Assembly (NCBI RefSeq): GCF_006345805.1
Contig: NC_042999.1
Coordinates: 103,912,001 to 103,976,000, forward strand
Source: Octopus sinensis
Taxonomy: Eukaryota
Direction of reading: 5' to 3'
Length of the DNA stretch: 64,000 nucleotides
Shown: positions 1 through 12,829 of the stretch, piece after piece
Layout: the number at the start of each line of letters is the position of its first letter
How positions within the stretch are numbered: the first letter of the stretch is position 1
Program-made: the position numbers and the translations under genes
Notes under the pieces: model-generated
What the model saw: only the letters and a program-made list of their open reading frames with translations
Told to the model about the DNA's origin: nothing
Databases searched by the model: none

Positions 1-240
1 CATCAGTTAGCATTCATTTTCCATACTGGCATGGGTTAGACAGGTTGACCAGAGCTGGCACCAAGTTTGAATCTGATTTGGCTTGGTTTCAAAAGTTGGA
101 TGCTCTTCCCAATGCCAACCATTTTACAGAGTGTGCTGGGTGCCTTTTACATGGCACCAGTACAGGTGGTATAACATGGTGCTGGCATTGAGAGCTTTTT
201 ACATGGCACCAGCACAGGGCTCTTGCAGGCCAATTCCCTT
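1..240 (-). mobile_element. RTE-derived non-autonomous retroelement (family D), decayed fragment
   Basis: Reverse complement of the family-D 3' end (ccatgcyagcatggaaaa...gatgatg) and internal 'gcttttacatggcaccag' modules, shared with 24622-24959 and 58450-58775. Confidence 0.7.
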
Positions 241-394
241 CAGGGGTAGGGGGCAGTATTGTGTGATAGAAACATTTCTTCTACAAAAAGTTTGGTCTCA
301 TAAATCAAGGACAAATTTATTAAATACTCGTATACAAATATTCTTCATACATGCAATATGTATGTATGTATCATAAATCAAGGATGCACAGAGC

Positions 395-740
395 ATTTTA
401 GTGGCTTCTTGACTTGCTAGAAATATCAGTTAAATGGCACAAAAGAACAAGAAATACTGTAATCCTAAATGCAGCTAAAATGATAGATAGGGTGATCAAA
501 GCACGAATTCATTTGATCAAAAGGACCTTTGATTAGGATTGACTGGGGTTATCAAACAAGTCATACAAACAATATATGCTGAGGAAATTCCTATGCAGTC
601 ACCTGAAATGCTAGAAATAGCAACCAAACTCTCTCAAATCACATCCTACTATTTTAATAAAAGAAAGGAGGATACATTGGATGATGCAGTCCTGTAAACA
701 TTGTACATAAGAAATAGATTGGATACTCTTTTGGCCTTTT
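395..740 (+). repeat. Family G repeat, two adjacent decayed copies
   Basis: tgcta-GAAA-tagca-type hairpin at ~416 and ~609; first copy ends in the 'ggggttatcaaac' tail variant. Confidence 0.7.
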
Positions 741-1099
741 GTTTCAATCATTTGACTGTGGCCATGCTGGAGCACTGGTTTTAGTCGAGCAAATTGACCC
801 CAGGACATATTCTTTGTAAGCCTAGTACTTATTCTATTGGTCTCTCTTGCCGAACCGCTAAGTTACAGGGATGTAAACACACCACCATCAGTTGTCAAGC
901 GATATGGGGGGGGGGGCACAAACACATACATACACATATATACAACAGGCTTCTTTCAGTTTCCGTCTACCAAATCCACTCAAAGGCTTTGGTCGGCCCG
1001 AGGCTATAGTAAAAACACTTGCCCAAGGTGCTATGCAGTGGGAATGAACCCAGAACCATGTGGTTGGTAAGCAAGCTACTTACCACACAGCCACTCCTG
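727..1099 (-). mobile_element. tRNA-derived SINE family A (CORE-like; OR-type octopus SINE), full length
   Basis: rc of head 'caggagtggctgtgtggtaagtagcttgc...accttgggcaagtg' and tail 'cagtcaaatgactgaaac'; near-identical to 46372-46781 and 62302-62672. Confidence 0.85.
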
Positions 1100-1589
1100 G
1101 TTATAGTTAGAACGCCTTTTATCATGAATTTATTCAGTATAAACCGATTTGAGACAACAACATAACAACAAAAACAACAGCTCATACAAACATATCAAAT
1201 AGTAAAATATAGAAACCAAATAACAGGTAAGGTGCAATACAGAGTTTTAAGAACTATATAAATAAAAGACTTACATTTTGAGATGAGTTAATTTTATCTG
1301 TGAGGACTTCATTGGCCACTTTGAGCTCTTGGTTCACTTGGTTAGCATGATCTAAGTCCTGCTCCATTTTGGCAAGGTCTCTCTGGCTACACTTGATCTC
1401 CCGATTTGTCTGAAAATTTCAAGAGAAAAACTTTGAGTGTGACATGTGTGATTGAATTTCTGCTGAAGGGAATGGAAATTTCTGGAAATCACAAATTCAA
1501 CAGAAAAAGGATTTTCTACATTGATTATTTGATCTGTGAGAAATGGCTGCCACCTCAAATCATTAATTTCTTCATCACTGTCATCAACA

Positions 1590-1765
1590 TTTAAACCCTT
1601 TATCATTTAAAATGGCTATATCTGGCCAAAATTTTCTACTTGTTTTATGTTCAAACTGACCAGATCTGGTCTCTCACACCTACCCTACAACATCATTCTA
1701 AAACTAAGCAATCACATCATCAAAATCTGAAAGCTACAAGATAATGCAGGATTAATCATTTATGC
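1590..1765. mobile_element. piggyBac-like MITE family E, partial
   Basis: Internal sequence matches complete copies (47919-48131, 59091-59318). Confidence 0.65.
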
Positions 1766-2212
1766 AATTGCTAGCAATAATAGTCCAAATCTTCTTCAAC
1801 CCAACTATCTTAGAAAAAAGGAAAAGACACACTGCATAATGTAGTCCAAGATACACTATTTCTGAAAAAATATGAGATGGTCTTAGTTGGAATATTTTTG
1901 ATTGCTAGTCTGCTAGACAACAATTAAACAAAAAATTGAAGTCTTGAATATTGGGGTTTTTGGGGTCTTTTTATTTGAATTTTCATAGATGCATGGTTTG
2001 ACATCTTTTAATAATGGAACTAAAGAAAAGTACCTTGTGGGAGTGCTCTGAGCACTAAATACTCATAATGTAAGATCTCATATGAATAATATAGTGAGCT
2101 GCAAAACTTCAAATAAGTGAGACTATTCGTACATTTAGTAACCAAATGTTCCTACTATAGATTTTTTAAAATTCTATAAAAAAAGGGAGGTGTGTGAGTG
2201 TGTGTGTGTTAT

Positions 2213-2640
2213 ATATTTTATCATTTACTTATTTCAATCATTGGACTGTGACCATGCTGGGGTACCACCTTGGAAGGTTTAGCTAAGCATAACCCTGGTA
2301 CATATTTATGCAAATCTACCAGTGGCATATGGTGATTGTTGTGCTGAGTGTGCTGCCACACCCAATGCCACCAAATTTCAAGCAGGGGTATGACAAAAGT
2401 TTTCCATTAAGATTTGTGATTAAAGTTAATATTTATAATGAATTTTCCATTTTCAATGGGTGTGGAGCTCATACCTAGCACACTCAGAATATTCACTCCT
2501 AAAGTCTACTACTTATTCATTCTATCAGTCTCTTTTGCTGAATCACTAAGTTGTGAGGATGTAAGTATTCCAACATGTTGTAAACTGCTGGGGGAGTAGC
2601 AGTCAGCCACACACACACACACACACACACACTTATGTGT
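2213..2640 (-). mobile_element. Decayed SINE-A 3' half interrupted by a ~180-bp insertion
   Basis: SINE-A tail pieces at 2213-2310 and 2500-2640 flank unrelated sequence. Confidence 0.55.
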
Positions 2641-3109
2641 ATGCATAAATGTATATTTTTCCTAAGATAATTTCTCCATCACAGAATTCAAGCCTTATCA
2701 TTAACATGGTAATTCCAGGAATCTATATGTAAGAGGAATTGTGTGTGTATCTTCATATATGTTAATGTATGTGTATGTAGAAGTACTTGCACTCATATAA
2801 TGAGAATGTATATATCATTATAGATATACAAGTGTGTATGTGTGCATGTGTGTCTGTGTATGTGCAATTACTTTTTCTCTGTATATGTTCATTCTAAAAA
2901 TTTTACATGGAGAATCTTTGGAATGTACTATAAATCTTCATTGTATATTAATCAATTTATGTGGACACTGCAAATTAGATTGCTTTGTTCTTTCTTTCAT
3001 GTGTGTGTGTGTGTATGTGTAAGAGCGAGAGAGAGAAAGAGAGAGTTTATGAATGTATCAGTGTACAAACATACATATACCTATATATGTGTCAAAATCG
3101 AATGTAAAT

Positions 3110-3580
3110 GTATCCTGTATTTGCAAGGGTTTCTCAAGAGTTTTAAGCAGATGATGCGAGATAAATCCCTGTATTCATACAATGTTTGTAAGGTTTCCTC
3201 TTCAGGGTCTGAAAATACTTCAGCTCTGAGCAGTTACTGAATCTCTCTGCAAAGCTTAAGTGTGACCTACATTGAAGAGCTAGAATGGTGTGCTGCTGTT
3301 ACATACACAAACATCTTGTGGCTACTACATCCCGAAGAAAGCCATCCAGTATGATGAGCAAAGAGTCATTCACCAATATAATACAAGTATTGGCTCTTAG
3401 ATGTATTGTCTCTTTTCGCTGTATCTTCTACTGCTACTACAGTAATTTCTACTCCTCTGTACCATTTGAAACCAGGTTCACCCAATGTACATGCTTATTT
3501 ATCTTGCCAAATCTAAAGTACTTCAACTTTAAATTCTTTGTTTTATTGTAATCTATTCCTTTCTCTCAAGAACTGTCACA
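3110..3580 (-). pseudogene. Heavily decayed RTE-like LINE ORF remnant (RT C-terminal region)
   Basis: Frameshifted translation gives EKGIDYNKTKNLKLKYF, HLRANTCII, SELKYFQTLKRKPYKHC and NS*ETLA, resembling RTE C-terminal motifs (KGISLNTKLKVY, RANT, GEL..G.P..RYKDC, SWETLA); many stops. Confidence 0.35.
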
Positions 3581-3616
3581 GTTTGAGACATCCTCCTTGC
3601 CAACACTGACAGGTAT

Positions 3617-3843
3617 TATTAGCCCTTTTGATATCAAACTACTTGTGATGACTCTTGGTTCTATGGTACAGGCTTCTTGTTTTAAAGTGAGTTAAATTAA
3701 AACTTACATTAAAATTTCATGTTAATTTATGTAGTGAACAGATTAATAACGACAAAGTTATTTTACCATATTCTTCATTATTTTCTAAGTTAATTGTAAA
3801 GAAAAGAATGTGTTCGATAAAAATACGGTAACAAAAAGAATAA
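3617..3843. mobile_element. piggyBac-like MITE family F, decayed
   Basis: Reverse-complement similarity to the complete copy at 47004-47233. Confidence 0.55.
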
Positions 3844-3934
3844 CTGACTTATAAAATTTCAGGCTGAACATCATCCTAACCAGTCTGGGAGGATCTGCAA
3901 AGGTTACAATACATGCTATCCTCACCACCTTAAT

Positions 3935-4170
3935 ATCAACTAAATAACAGTAAAGGAGCCATCTCTATGAGGTCACTCAACTTGCTAAAAATAGTAACCC
4001 AATCTCTCTCAAATCATATCTTACTGATTAGAAAAGGATACACTAGATAATTAGACAATGTGGTTTTTGTTGCACTAAATGTATAAAAATACTGGATGGT
4101 CACAAATGGAATGTCTTTGATTATAAGTCTGTTCGATTAGAGGTAACCTAATGCTAAATAACAGCAGCAA
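3935..4170 (+). repeat. Family G repeat
   Basis: 'aaaggagcc...ggtcactcaacttgctaaaaatagtaacccaatctctctcaaatc' followed by the 'gatggtcac...gctaaataac' tail. Confidence 0.7.
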
Positions 4171-4403
4171 GAAAAATCAAGGTAACAATTACAAAAATAG
4201 TAATATTTCCAAGAGTTATGGTATTCCTAAAAACTAGATTCAATAAAGAACATACAACTGACAGCATAGCTGCCAAAACACAGCAAAAAATAGTTTCGAG
4301 CATGTGGATATATCTTTTAACACACCCTCACCGCATACAGCATGTATATATTTTTGCATTCCCAAACAAAAAAGAGAGTGCTTGAAAGAGATGTGTTAAG
4401 ACT

Positions 4404-4454
<51 letters not shown>

Positions 4455-5129
4455 ACTATATTCATATTATAAATCAATATCATTATGAATGGGCTAATAC
4501 TAGTTAATATAAATAGATCTTTTATCGGATCAGATTCAATGCCGATAAGTATTCCTGTGGTTCAATCAATGGAACTACCTACTCATGAATTTATTGTGAA
4601 TTTAGGTGGCTGAGTATTGCATAAACATATATATATATAAACCCTTATAGTAAGAATCAATGTTATAATGTGACACAAGTCTGGCTTTTTGAATTTACAA
4701 GTAAAGTTTGTCTAATAAGCACATACACACAAGTTTCCAACTACATAGTTCTAACAAGGAATAGGCTGACTTGAGGCTATGACAGAAAATATAAGATATT
4801 TGCCCAGTGTGCTGCACTGTGAGATTGAACCTGGGACCTCATGATTGAGGAGCAAACTTCTTAACTATTTAACCATTCGTATAAACATACACACAAAACC
4901 AGATCTTAGTATTGAGATAAACTCTAAAATAGCTGTTCATCTCTTCCTTTATGCAACAATTCTCAGAGGTCCTAGTAAGATCATGAGCACTACCCCTACC
5001 TCACTTTCCCCTCTGACTAAGCCATAAAAAAATTATCAAAAAATAAACACACTCATTTTTGCACAAAAATATATTTTAAGCATAAATGTGATAAGGTTGC
5101 ATAGGGATTAATTTATGGTTATGTATATA

Positions 5130-5400
5130 TATCATCACCATTATCATCATCAACATTAATGTCTGTTTCCATGCTGGCAGTTTGACTGGAGCTGGTAAAG
5201 TTAGGGGCTGCACCAGGCTTCATTGTCTGTTCTGGCATGGTTTCTACAACCAGATGCCATTCCTTAACATCAATCAATCCACAGAGTACACTGGGTGCTT
5301 TTAACATGGCATCAGCATGAGTGCTTTTTACGTGACACCAGCACCGGTATCAATTCTGCTGTGGCAGACAGGTCTTCTTTAGTACAACAATTTGCCAGAT
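5130..5400 (-). mobile_element. RTE-derived element (family D)
   Basis: (CAT)n tail then rc of the family-D 3' end; 'gtgctttt..atggca(c/t)cagca' modules. Confidence 0.7.
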
Positions 5401-6189
5401 ATCTAAACCCCTAGCCATCTCCTACATCAGGCTCAGTGTCTTGAGATCAGCCTTCGATAAGTACAGTAGAATCTTACAGTACAAGTGCCCCATTGTATAA
5501 GTAATTTGCTGTATGAGCTGAGACTCATGCAAATTTTTGTCTTGAAGTACAAACAAAAGTCCACAGTATGAGGACAGAAATCTTTAAGGTAATTCAGTTA
5601 ATAAAACCAGTTTACATATTCCTTTTGCATTTTCTTTTTTATAATTGTCATTTTACTTGTAACTACACTATATCTGTTTTAAAACCCACAAAAATTATTA
5701 CTGAGTGGTTTTGGGGGGCTGGAATGAATTAATTATATTTTAGTTAATTTCAGTGGGAAAAACTGATTTGTAAAACAAGTAAATCGTAAGACAAGCTCAG
5801 TCATGGAACAAATTAAACTCGTACTGTGAAGTATACCTGAATGTGAAAAAAGTTTCATTTTCATGTAAAAATCAATGCTATAAAATTAATTATATGATAT
5901 AACTGACATTAGGAAGGACATCCAGTTGTAGAAACCAATTTGTTCAGATTGGAAACAAATGACAGTTACCAAAGCTACTGTTTGCAAACCAGTGCACAAG
6001 ATACACACATGTAGACAAAAGAAATATGAAAACATTAGCACACACGTGCACACACTGTGTGAACTGGGATTCCTGTTGACATGCTGCTGATATTAAATAA
6101 AGTGCTAAATATTAATGGTATGCAAATTAGTAGCGCCAGTTCTTTGAAGTTACCGGATTTATTGTGTAGAGATATAGATTGATCATGAG

Positions 6190-6252
6190 ATGTAGACACC
6201 TCTGATGAGGCCCCATAAAGGGTTGAAAACTGGTTAAGGTTAGTCATCACAT
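6190..6252 (+). ncRNA. Type I hammerhead ribozyme motif (minimal, Penelope/retrozyme-like), slightly decayed
   Basis: CTGATGA 6202-6208; stem II ggccc/gggtt with loop cataaa; GAAA 6225-6228; near-palindromic stem III AACTGGTT; cleavage triplet UUA (after 6236); stem I acct/aggt + gac/gtc + atgt/acat. Confidence 0.65.
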
Positions 6253-7184
6253 TTTCAATCTACTGAGAAATAGTTAAATTTGCCATGCTCATAAGTCAAC
6301 TTATTACATAGCTTTACATATGTACATGCATGCATATACAATTGGCTTCTTTAGGTTTCCATTTTTGAAATCCACTAACAAGCCTTTGGTAAGGCTGGTA
6401 GGCTATAGCAGAAGACATTAGCCCAGTCAAAGTGCTAATCAGAAACCACAAGTGAATTTCTTAACTACACAATTATGCCAACACTTAATGTGTGAACATA
6501 GTATATATTGTATACATAGAACTTACCATAGCTTTTTCAGATAAGATAATGCAAGCAACTATAACCCTCCATGGGACCTCTACCACTTGTTGTACTCAGA
6601 TTGGGAACCTGACTTGCACCCATATATCAGGTGGCCAAGTTAAACAGGTTCACAATATTGAATACTACCATTCAAAAACAATGGTCTCTCAATCAGATTT
6701 CCACACTGTTTCTCTCATCCAAATTTCAATCATAACGTACATTTGTTAGCTTCGAAGATGTTGATTAAATGGAGAGAGAGAGAGAGAGATAAAGTATAAT
6801 AAGAGAGGAAGAGGTGGTGATGTCTGCAACTATTTTTTTTTAATATCTCTCCATTATTCATAAAGATATATTGTCATTGTTTAGAGCATCAATAATTATG
6901 AGTTTAATATACTGGATGATAATAAAACCTTAACTATAAGACCATAAAATTTAAGATATTACTGATACTTTTAGCTTTAGATAGAAACTGATTAACTCTT
7001 TTACAGTGAAAAGCAGACACACCACTCAAAATTTCATTAGTCTTAATTGTAGATAGCAATTCCATATACTAATCTATCTTTTGTTGAGGAATGTCATGTT
7101 TGAAACTATTTTCTGTTGATATATGTCAAACTGTTGAATGTGTATATATGTATTCAAGTGTGTATGTGCATGTGAGCATATTTG

Positions 7185-7410
7185 TGTCTCCTTATCTTGA
7201 CACAGTGTGACAGTTGTAAAATGTTAGTCACTCTCATACAAGCTGTGTCATTCAGTTTCCACTATTCTAAAACAACATGTCTGGTCATGGGAAAATATTG
7301 CCTTGCTTGGAAACAGGTGAGGGTTAGCAGCAGAGAGGGCATTTGATCGTAGAAAATTTGCCTCAATAAAATTCTGTCCAAGCCATGCAAGTATTGAAGA
7401 GCGGATGCTT
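7185..7410 (+). mobile_element. SINE family H (RTE-type tail), 3' part
   Basis: 'gtgtctccttatcttgac...gggaaaatattgccttgcttggaaacaggtgagggt...gtagaaaatttgcctcaa' shared with 9270-9560, 15470-15715 and 49090-49320. Confidence 0.7.
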
Positions 7411-7625
7411 AACTTTTCAGCATTCAGATAACTGTCAAATGTGATGCTTACTTCTTCACACTGTTTTGAATTAACTATGCATTATCTTGTCGCTTCAAGA
7501 TTTCAATGATGTTATTGTTTATATTTAGAATGACATCACAGGAAAGGTTCGAGAGGCCAGACTGAACATAAAATAAGTAGAATATCTGGACCAGGTACAG
7601 CCAGTTTAAATGCTAATGGGTTAAA
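7410..7625. mobile_element. piggyBac-like MITE family E
   Basis: ttaact...cagcattcagat to aatgctaatgggttaa; TTAA at both ends. Confidence 0.7.
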
Positions 7626-8339
7626 CAATGACGATGATAATGATGATGATGATGTTATAGCAATTTCGTAGTGAAGATAAATGAGACATGTTTCCCATGG
7701 AGTTTCCATGAGTCTGGCTAATACATAATATAATCTAAGTAATATGTCTCCTGGGGCTAAACAACAGTAGTATTCATCCCAACCAGGACTGCCACATTAG
7801 GTTGGCAAATAATCTTTACTTTAAAGTATTGCTACTGAATATCTCTCATTGAGAAATTTAGGAACAATAATGTTTCTATTTAATATACTGTTATACATAG
7901 TATACACTTAATACATATTAAACATACATACATAGAATGAAAACAATTTCCAACTCACATTTTTGGTTAAAACCTCTTTCTCAGTTTCTAGAAGTTTGAT
8001 TAGCTGTTCATTTTCTACCTTTTCCTTCAGCAGTCGTCTATTTTCTTCTTTTAATCTGAAATGATAATGAAATAATTCATAATTTTGATGTTAAAAAAAA
8101 GAATGAATAATAAAAAATATTCAGGTGTTGAGATTTTTAAGTTTTTGACAATTTACATTGAGTCAGTGCAAAGAAAAAAATACAGAGCTCCAATGTCTGC
8201 TTTGGCAAAGTTTCTAAGATTGGATGCCTTTCTTACGGCCACCCACTTTACAGAGTGTACTAGGTGCTTTTTACACAGCACCAACACTAGTGAGGTCACC
8301 AAATACACGGTAAAAAAAAAAAAAGACCCCTTTCAGTTA

Positions 8340-8634
8340 TGTACGACCATAAGATTGCACCTAGAAAATTACTCACCAAAGGACAAGTCCAGGCAAAGTT
8401 GCCCATGCATACCAGCCTCCCCTTTCCATGCCATCAATGTTATCCAAGGGAAAGGCAAAGGCCGATACAGCTTGACACTGGTAACATTGCAACTCATTTC
8501 TACAGCTGAGTGAACTGGAGCAAGGTGAAATAAAGTGTCTTACTCAAGAACACAAGACAGCCTGGTCTGTGAATCAAACTTACTACCTCAAGACTGTGAG
8601 CCCGATGCTCTAACCAGTGAGCCATGCACCTTCA
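8340..8634 (-). mobile_element. tRNA-derived SINE family C (OK-like)
   Basis: rc head 'aaggtgcatggctcactggttagagcatcgggctcacagtc...gtttgattc' (A/B boxes) then 'cttgagtaagacactttatttcacc'. Confidence 0.8.
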
Positions 8635-8639
8635 ACAAA

Positions 8640-9110
8640 TAACTTGCATGATAAGATCACTTGACAAAGTAGGGGTGCAGTGTTGAAGGAGGTGGGATTG
8701 GGCTATACCTAAAGAGGCTAAAATAGGAAAGAAGGTCAGGAACAGGTATCTTGCTATAGAGCAAATACTTAGGTACCCTAGCAGGAATGGGAGAAAGGAT
8801 GGTAGAGATAAGGTATCAGAGTGTACTCTCGAGGTACCAGAAGGTGGACAGAGGAAGAATAGGACCAGAGAAGTGAGGCTGGTTAGGTGGGCAGATAAGG
8901 GGTGGGGTTAAGTGTGGAGCAGACAGAAGATGAACACTAAACAATGATAGAGGTGGAGCGTACATAGGGGTGGATACGGTAAAACAGGCATCAAGGTCAG
9001 AGGGAAAGTATGTGTAAGTGATGATGTTGGAGGTGCAGGATGGGTAGCAAAAGGAGTCATTCCAAGAAGAGGGATTACTGGTAGCACAAAAAGGGGAATA
9101 TGTGTAGTTC
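8640..9110 (-). pseudogene. Decayed CR1/L2/Jockey-group LINE 3' remnant
   Basis: Strong purine bias on +; minus-strand translation loosely matches the RT C-terminus seen more clearly at 17570-17995. Confidence 0.35.
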
Positions 9111-9269
9111 TATTCTCATATAATTATAACAGCGGGGAAACATTGCTGTAACTAGAGGAGTAGGTCTTATGAAAGATGAGTTGCTGGGAAACTTTGACAG
9201 GTACAAATTGATGGGAAGATAGACATTGGTGATGTGCTCTTAAAACGTCATTTCTGCTGAGATGGACGG

Positions 9270-9560
9270 ATGTATGTGAGTATATGTTTGTGCCTCCTTT
9301 TCTTGACATCACATGATAGCTATAAATGAGTGTCACTTTCATATAAATGAGTGTCACTTTCATATAAACAGTGTCACTTTCATATAAACAGTGTCATTTC
9401 CAGCATTCTAAGAAAAAAAAACGTCAGGCCAAGGGGAATATTACCTTGCTTGAAACAGGCGAGGCTTGCTCATGGGAAGGGCATTCGGCTGTAGAAAATA
9501 TGCCTCAGTAAATTCTGACCATCCCATGCAAGCATGGAAAAGTGGACTTTAAAATGATGA
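9270..9560 (+). mobile_element. SINE family H with internal 21-22-bp tandem repeat (x4 at ~9322-9400)
   Basis: Family-H body; unit 'tataaa(tg/c)agtgtcactttca' repeated four times. Confidence 0.75.
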
Positions 9561-10211
9561 TATATGTGTATGTGCTTGTGCATGTAGTATGTATGTATAT
9601 CATTTATTTCATTTATTTAGCAAGTTAAAATATCAGGTTTCTTTCTTTATAAAATACTCTCCACCCCTATTAACTTTCATTTCCCTTTCTATTTTCATAT
9701 CTCTCTCTGCATTTTATCTTCTCCAATCCTCCCCCCTCTCTCTCTCTCACACACACACACACATGCACACACGCGTGCACATACACACACGCGTGCACAT
9801 ACACACACACACACACACACACTTTGTTCTTCATTTTCTCTCTCCTCTGCCTCTCTTTGTCTGGCTTCTCTGAAGATCTTCTCTCCTTCTTGACATAAAT
9901 GTTAATGCTCCCCAAAGGAAGAGCAGAAAGAAGACAGCAAAACAGCCCCCACTTTCCATGCCACCATCCACCTACCCACCACTTACTTCCAGCATTACAG
10001 AAGCCATAAATCTATATACAGTCATAATAAATCTCTCCGCATCTGTCAGATATGTCAAAAGCTTGGAGAGAGACAAACATCACCTTAGGCCACAATTAAC
10101 TACACAGTAATCTCTACCAAGCACTTAGGGCAATGCATGCAACACACACACACACATACACACAAAGCACTCAAGACACATACACAAGTATGTATATATA
10201 TATATATGTGT

Positions 10212-10246
<35 letters not shown>

Positions 10247-11135
10247 ATAAACAAGGAACAACAACTCAAACAAAATCAACAATAACTGCTCCTGCTTCCA
10301 TACATGGCTAACCCCCACCCCACCTCCCCCCATGGGGTGGGGTTTTTCCATTCAATAAGGATGCCAATATTTTTACAACTTATTTTCTGTTGGGTTTATT
10401 TATTTATTTATTTACTGAAAGAAATCTGCATTCAGACAAATATTTAAAATTAATATTAGATATTTTTTTAATGGGGGGGGGGGCAGAAACTATCACTATC
10501 ATTATCACTAACATCATTAAAATCATCACTACCAATCATCATCACCATCATCATCATTGTTATTTTCTTTATCATCATAATCAGCAACATCACCATAAAA
10601 TAAACATCATTATTATAGCAAACATCATTTATCATAATACTTCTCCCTACCATCTTTATAATCATCATTATAATGAACTGGCAGAATTATTAGAGTCAGA
10701 AAAGAAGGTGCTTTGCAGTATTTGTTCCAGCTCTTTAAGTTGTGAGTTCAAATCCTGCCAAGCTTAACTTTACCTTTCATCCCTCCAGGGTCAATAAAAC
10801 AAAATACCAAAAGTCAAGTACAAGGGTCAATGGCATCAACAAATCCCCCTCCCCTCAAATTTGTTGGCCTTGTGCATAAATCAGAACCATCATCATCACT
10901 ATTTAACATCTGCTTTTCCATGTTGTCATGGGTTGGAAGGTATGGCAGGAACTGGTAAACCAGAGAACGATGTCATGCTCTACTGCAGTGTTTCTCAACC
11001 TTTTTACCCTTGCATAACCCTTTAAAATAAATTACATATCTCAAGAAACACCTGTAGAAAATTATATACAGTTTCCATCCCCTAAATTTCATTTAATGCA
11101 AAGCTATAGAAGACACTTGCCTAAAATTCCACATA

Positions 11136-11320
11136 GGTACAGGAGTGGCTGTGTAATAAGTAGCTTGCTTACCAACCACATGGTTCTGGGTTCAGCCCCA
11201 CAGCATGGCACCTTGGGCAGTGTCTTCTACTATAGCCTCAGGCCGACCAAAGCCTTGTGAGTGGATATGGTAGATGGAAACTGAAAGAAGCCTGTCGTGT
11301 GTGTGTGTGTCTATGTGTGT
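11136..11320 (+). mobile_element. SINE-A 5' half
   Basis: 'ggtacaggagtggctgtg...accttgggcagtg...gaaactgaaagaagcc'. Confidence 0.8.
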
Positions 11321-11423
11321 GTTTGTGCAATGCAAACTATATACATACATAATGCAAACTACATGCAAACACAATGTCAACTATGTATATGTGTGTGTAT
11401 TTGTGTGTGTGTGCATGCAAACA

Positions 11424-11798
11424 GGGGCAGACATGGCTGTGAGGTAAGAAGCTTGCTTCCCAGCCACATGGCTCTAGGTTCAATCCCATTGTGTGACACC
11501 TTGGGCAAGTGTCTTCTACTGTAGCCTCGGACTGACCAAAGCCTTGTGAGTGGATTTGGTAGACAGAAACTGAAAGAAGCCAGTCGTCTGTGTGTGTCTT
11601 TGTCCCCCACCAACCACCATTTGACAACCAGTGTTGGTGTGTTTACATCCCCATAACTTAACATTTTGGCAAAAGAGACTGACAGAATAAGTACTGAGAT
11701 TTAGACAAAAAAAGAATAAGTACTGAGGTTGATTCATTAGATTAAAAGTTCTTCAAGGTGGTGCCCCAGCATGACCACAGTCTAATTGACTGCAACAA
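11424..11798 (+). mobile_element. SINE-A, full length
   Basis: Head, CORE-like segment, (TG) spacer and tail all present. Confidence 0.8.
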
Positions 11799-12048
11799 CT
11801 TGGAAGATATAAGTTAACTACACTAAAAACATCACACACATAGCAAATTATATAGACACACACACACACACACGCTCTAATGAAATTAGTAACAAAATAA
11901 TATTGAAGTAAAGAGAAATGGAGTCGCCCTCCCTTCTTTGAAAGCCTTCCCCACATCATCATCATCACCACATGAGAGAACTACTAAACGTCCACAAGGT
12001 CGCTCAACATCCTAGAAATAGCAGTCAAACACTCTAAAGCCACACCTT

Positions 12049-12263
12049 TTAACCCTTTCTTTTGAGATGCTCTGTGTTTCTTTCAATTAATTTGAAATAT
12101 AACAAAGAATTTAGTAAAATAACTTAGTTATCATTAAGCTAGTATTAGGAACATAAATTGTGATTAGGGTTTGGTGGAAGATTTTAATTCAAAACTTATG
12201 AAAACGACATTTGTACTACAGAGCCAGAGGTGGTTTCAGCAGGATTAGTATGGAAAGGGTCAA
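12049..12263. mobile_element. piggyBac-like MITE family F
   Basis: TTAA-CCCTTT start, ends aaagggtcaa; aligns with 47004-47233. Confidence 0.8.
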
Positions 12264-12447
12264 GGGAGAAAAAGGACACACACACACACACACACATTGT
12301 CCAGTGAAGACTAAGTAGGCCGAAACTTTAAAGTCACTGTAAACTCTAATCTTGTTAAAGAATACATACTCAGCAAAAAATATTCAATAATCCTTCAGTT
12401 TAATGTAAAATTGATTTTATCATAACTTGACATAAAAACAAACATCA

Positions 12448-12454
<7 letters not shown>

Positions 12455-12503
<49 letters not shown>

Positions 12504-12548
12504 TGTGTGTGTGTGTGTGTGCGTGTGCGTGCATGTGTGTGTGTGTGT
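12455..12548. repeat. (TG)n microsatellite
   Basis: Direct reading. Confidence 0.95.
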
Positions 12549-12829
12549 AAAAGGAAAAAGTGTATGATCCACCTAAAAGAAAAAAAAAAGACTGCATGAT
12601 CATGGCTAGAATACTTTTGATCATTGGCCAAATCAATCAGGGTTGGCCCGGGGCTAAACAACAAGAATATCAATACAACTGCCACCACCTTCACTGCCAC
12701 CACAAGGCAGTCATAGTTGCAGGTGCAGTCATGTGACTGACAGTGGCAAATTGTTAGGCCACTCACTACCACCCCAACCAACCAACCAACCAACCAACCA
12801 CTCATGTTCACTATGGAATATTGAGTCAT

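Noticed and set aside
794-1070. Recurring 60-166-aa ORFs with similar peptides (also 19157-19429, 51694-52157, 62252-62752)
   Set aside because: They are translations of SINE-A copies on either strand, not genes.
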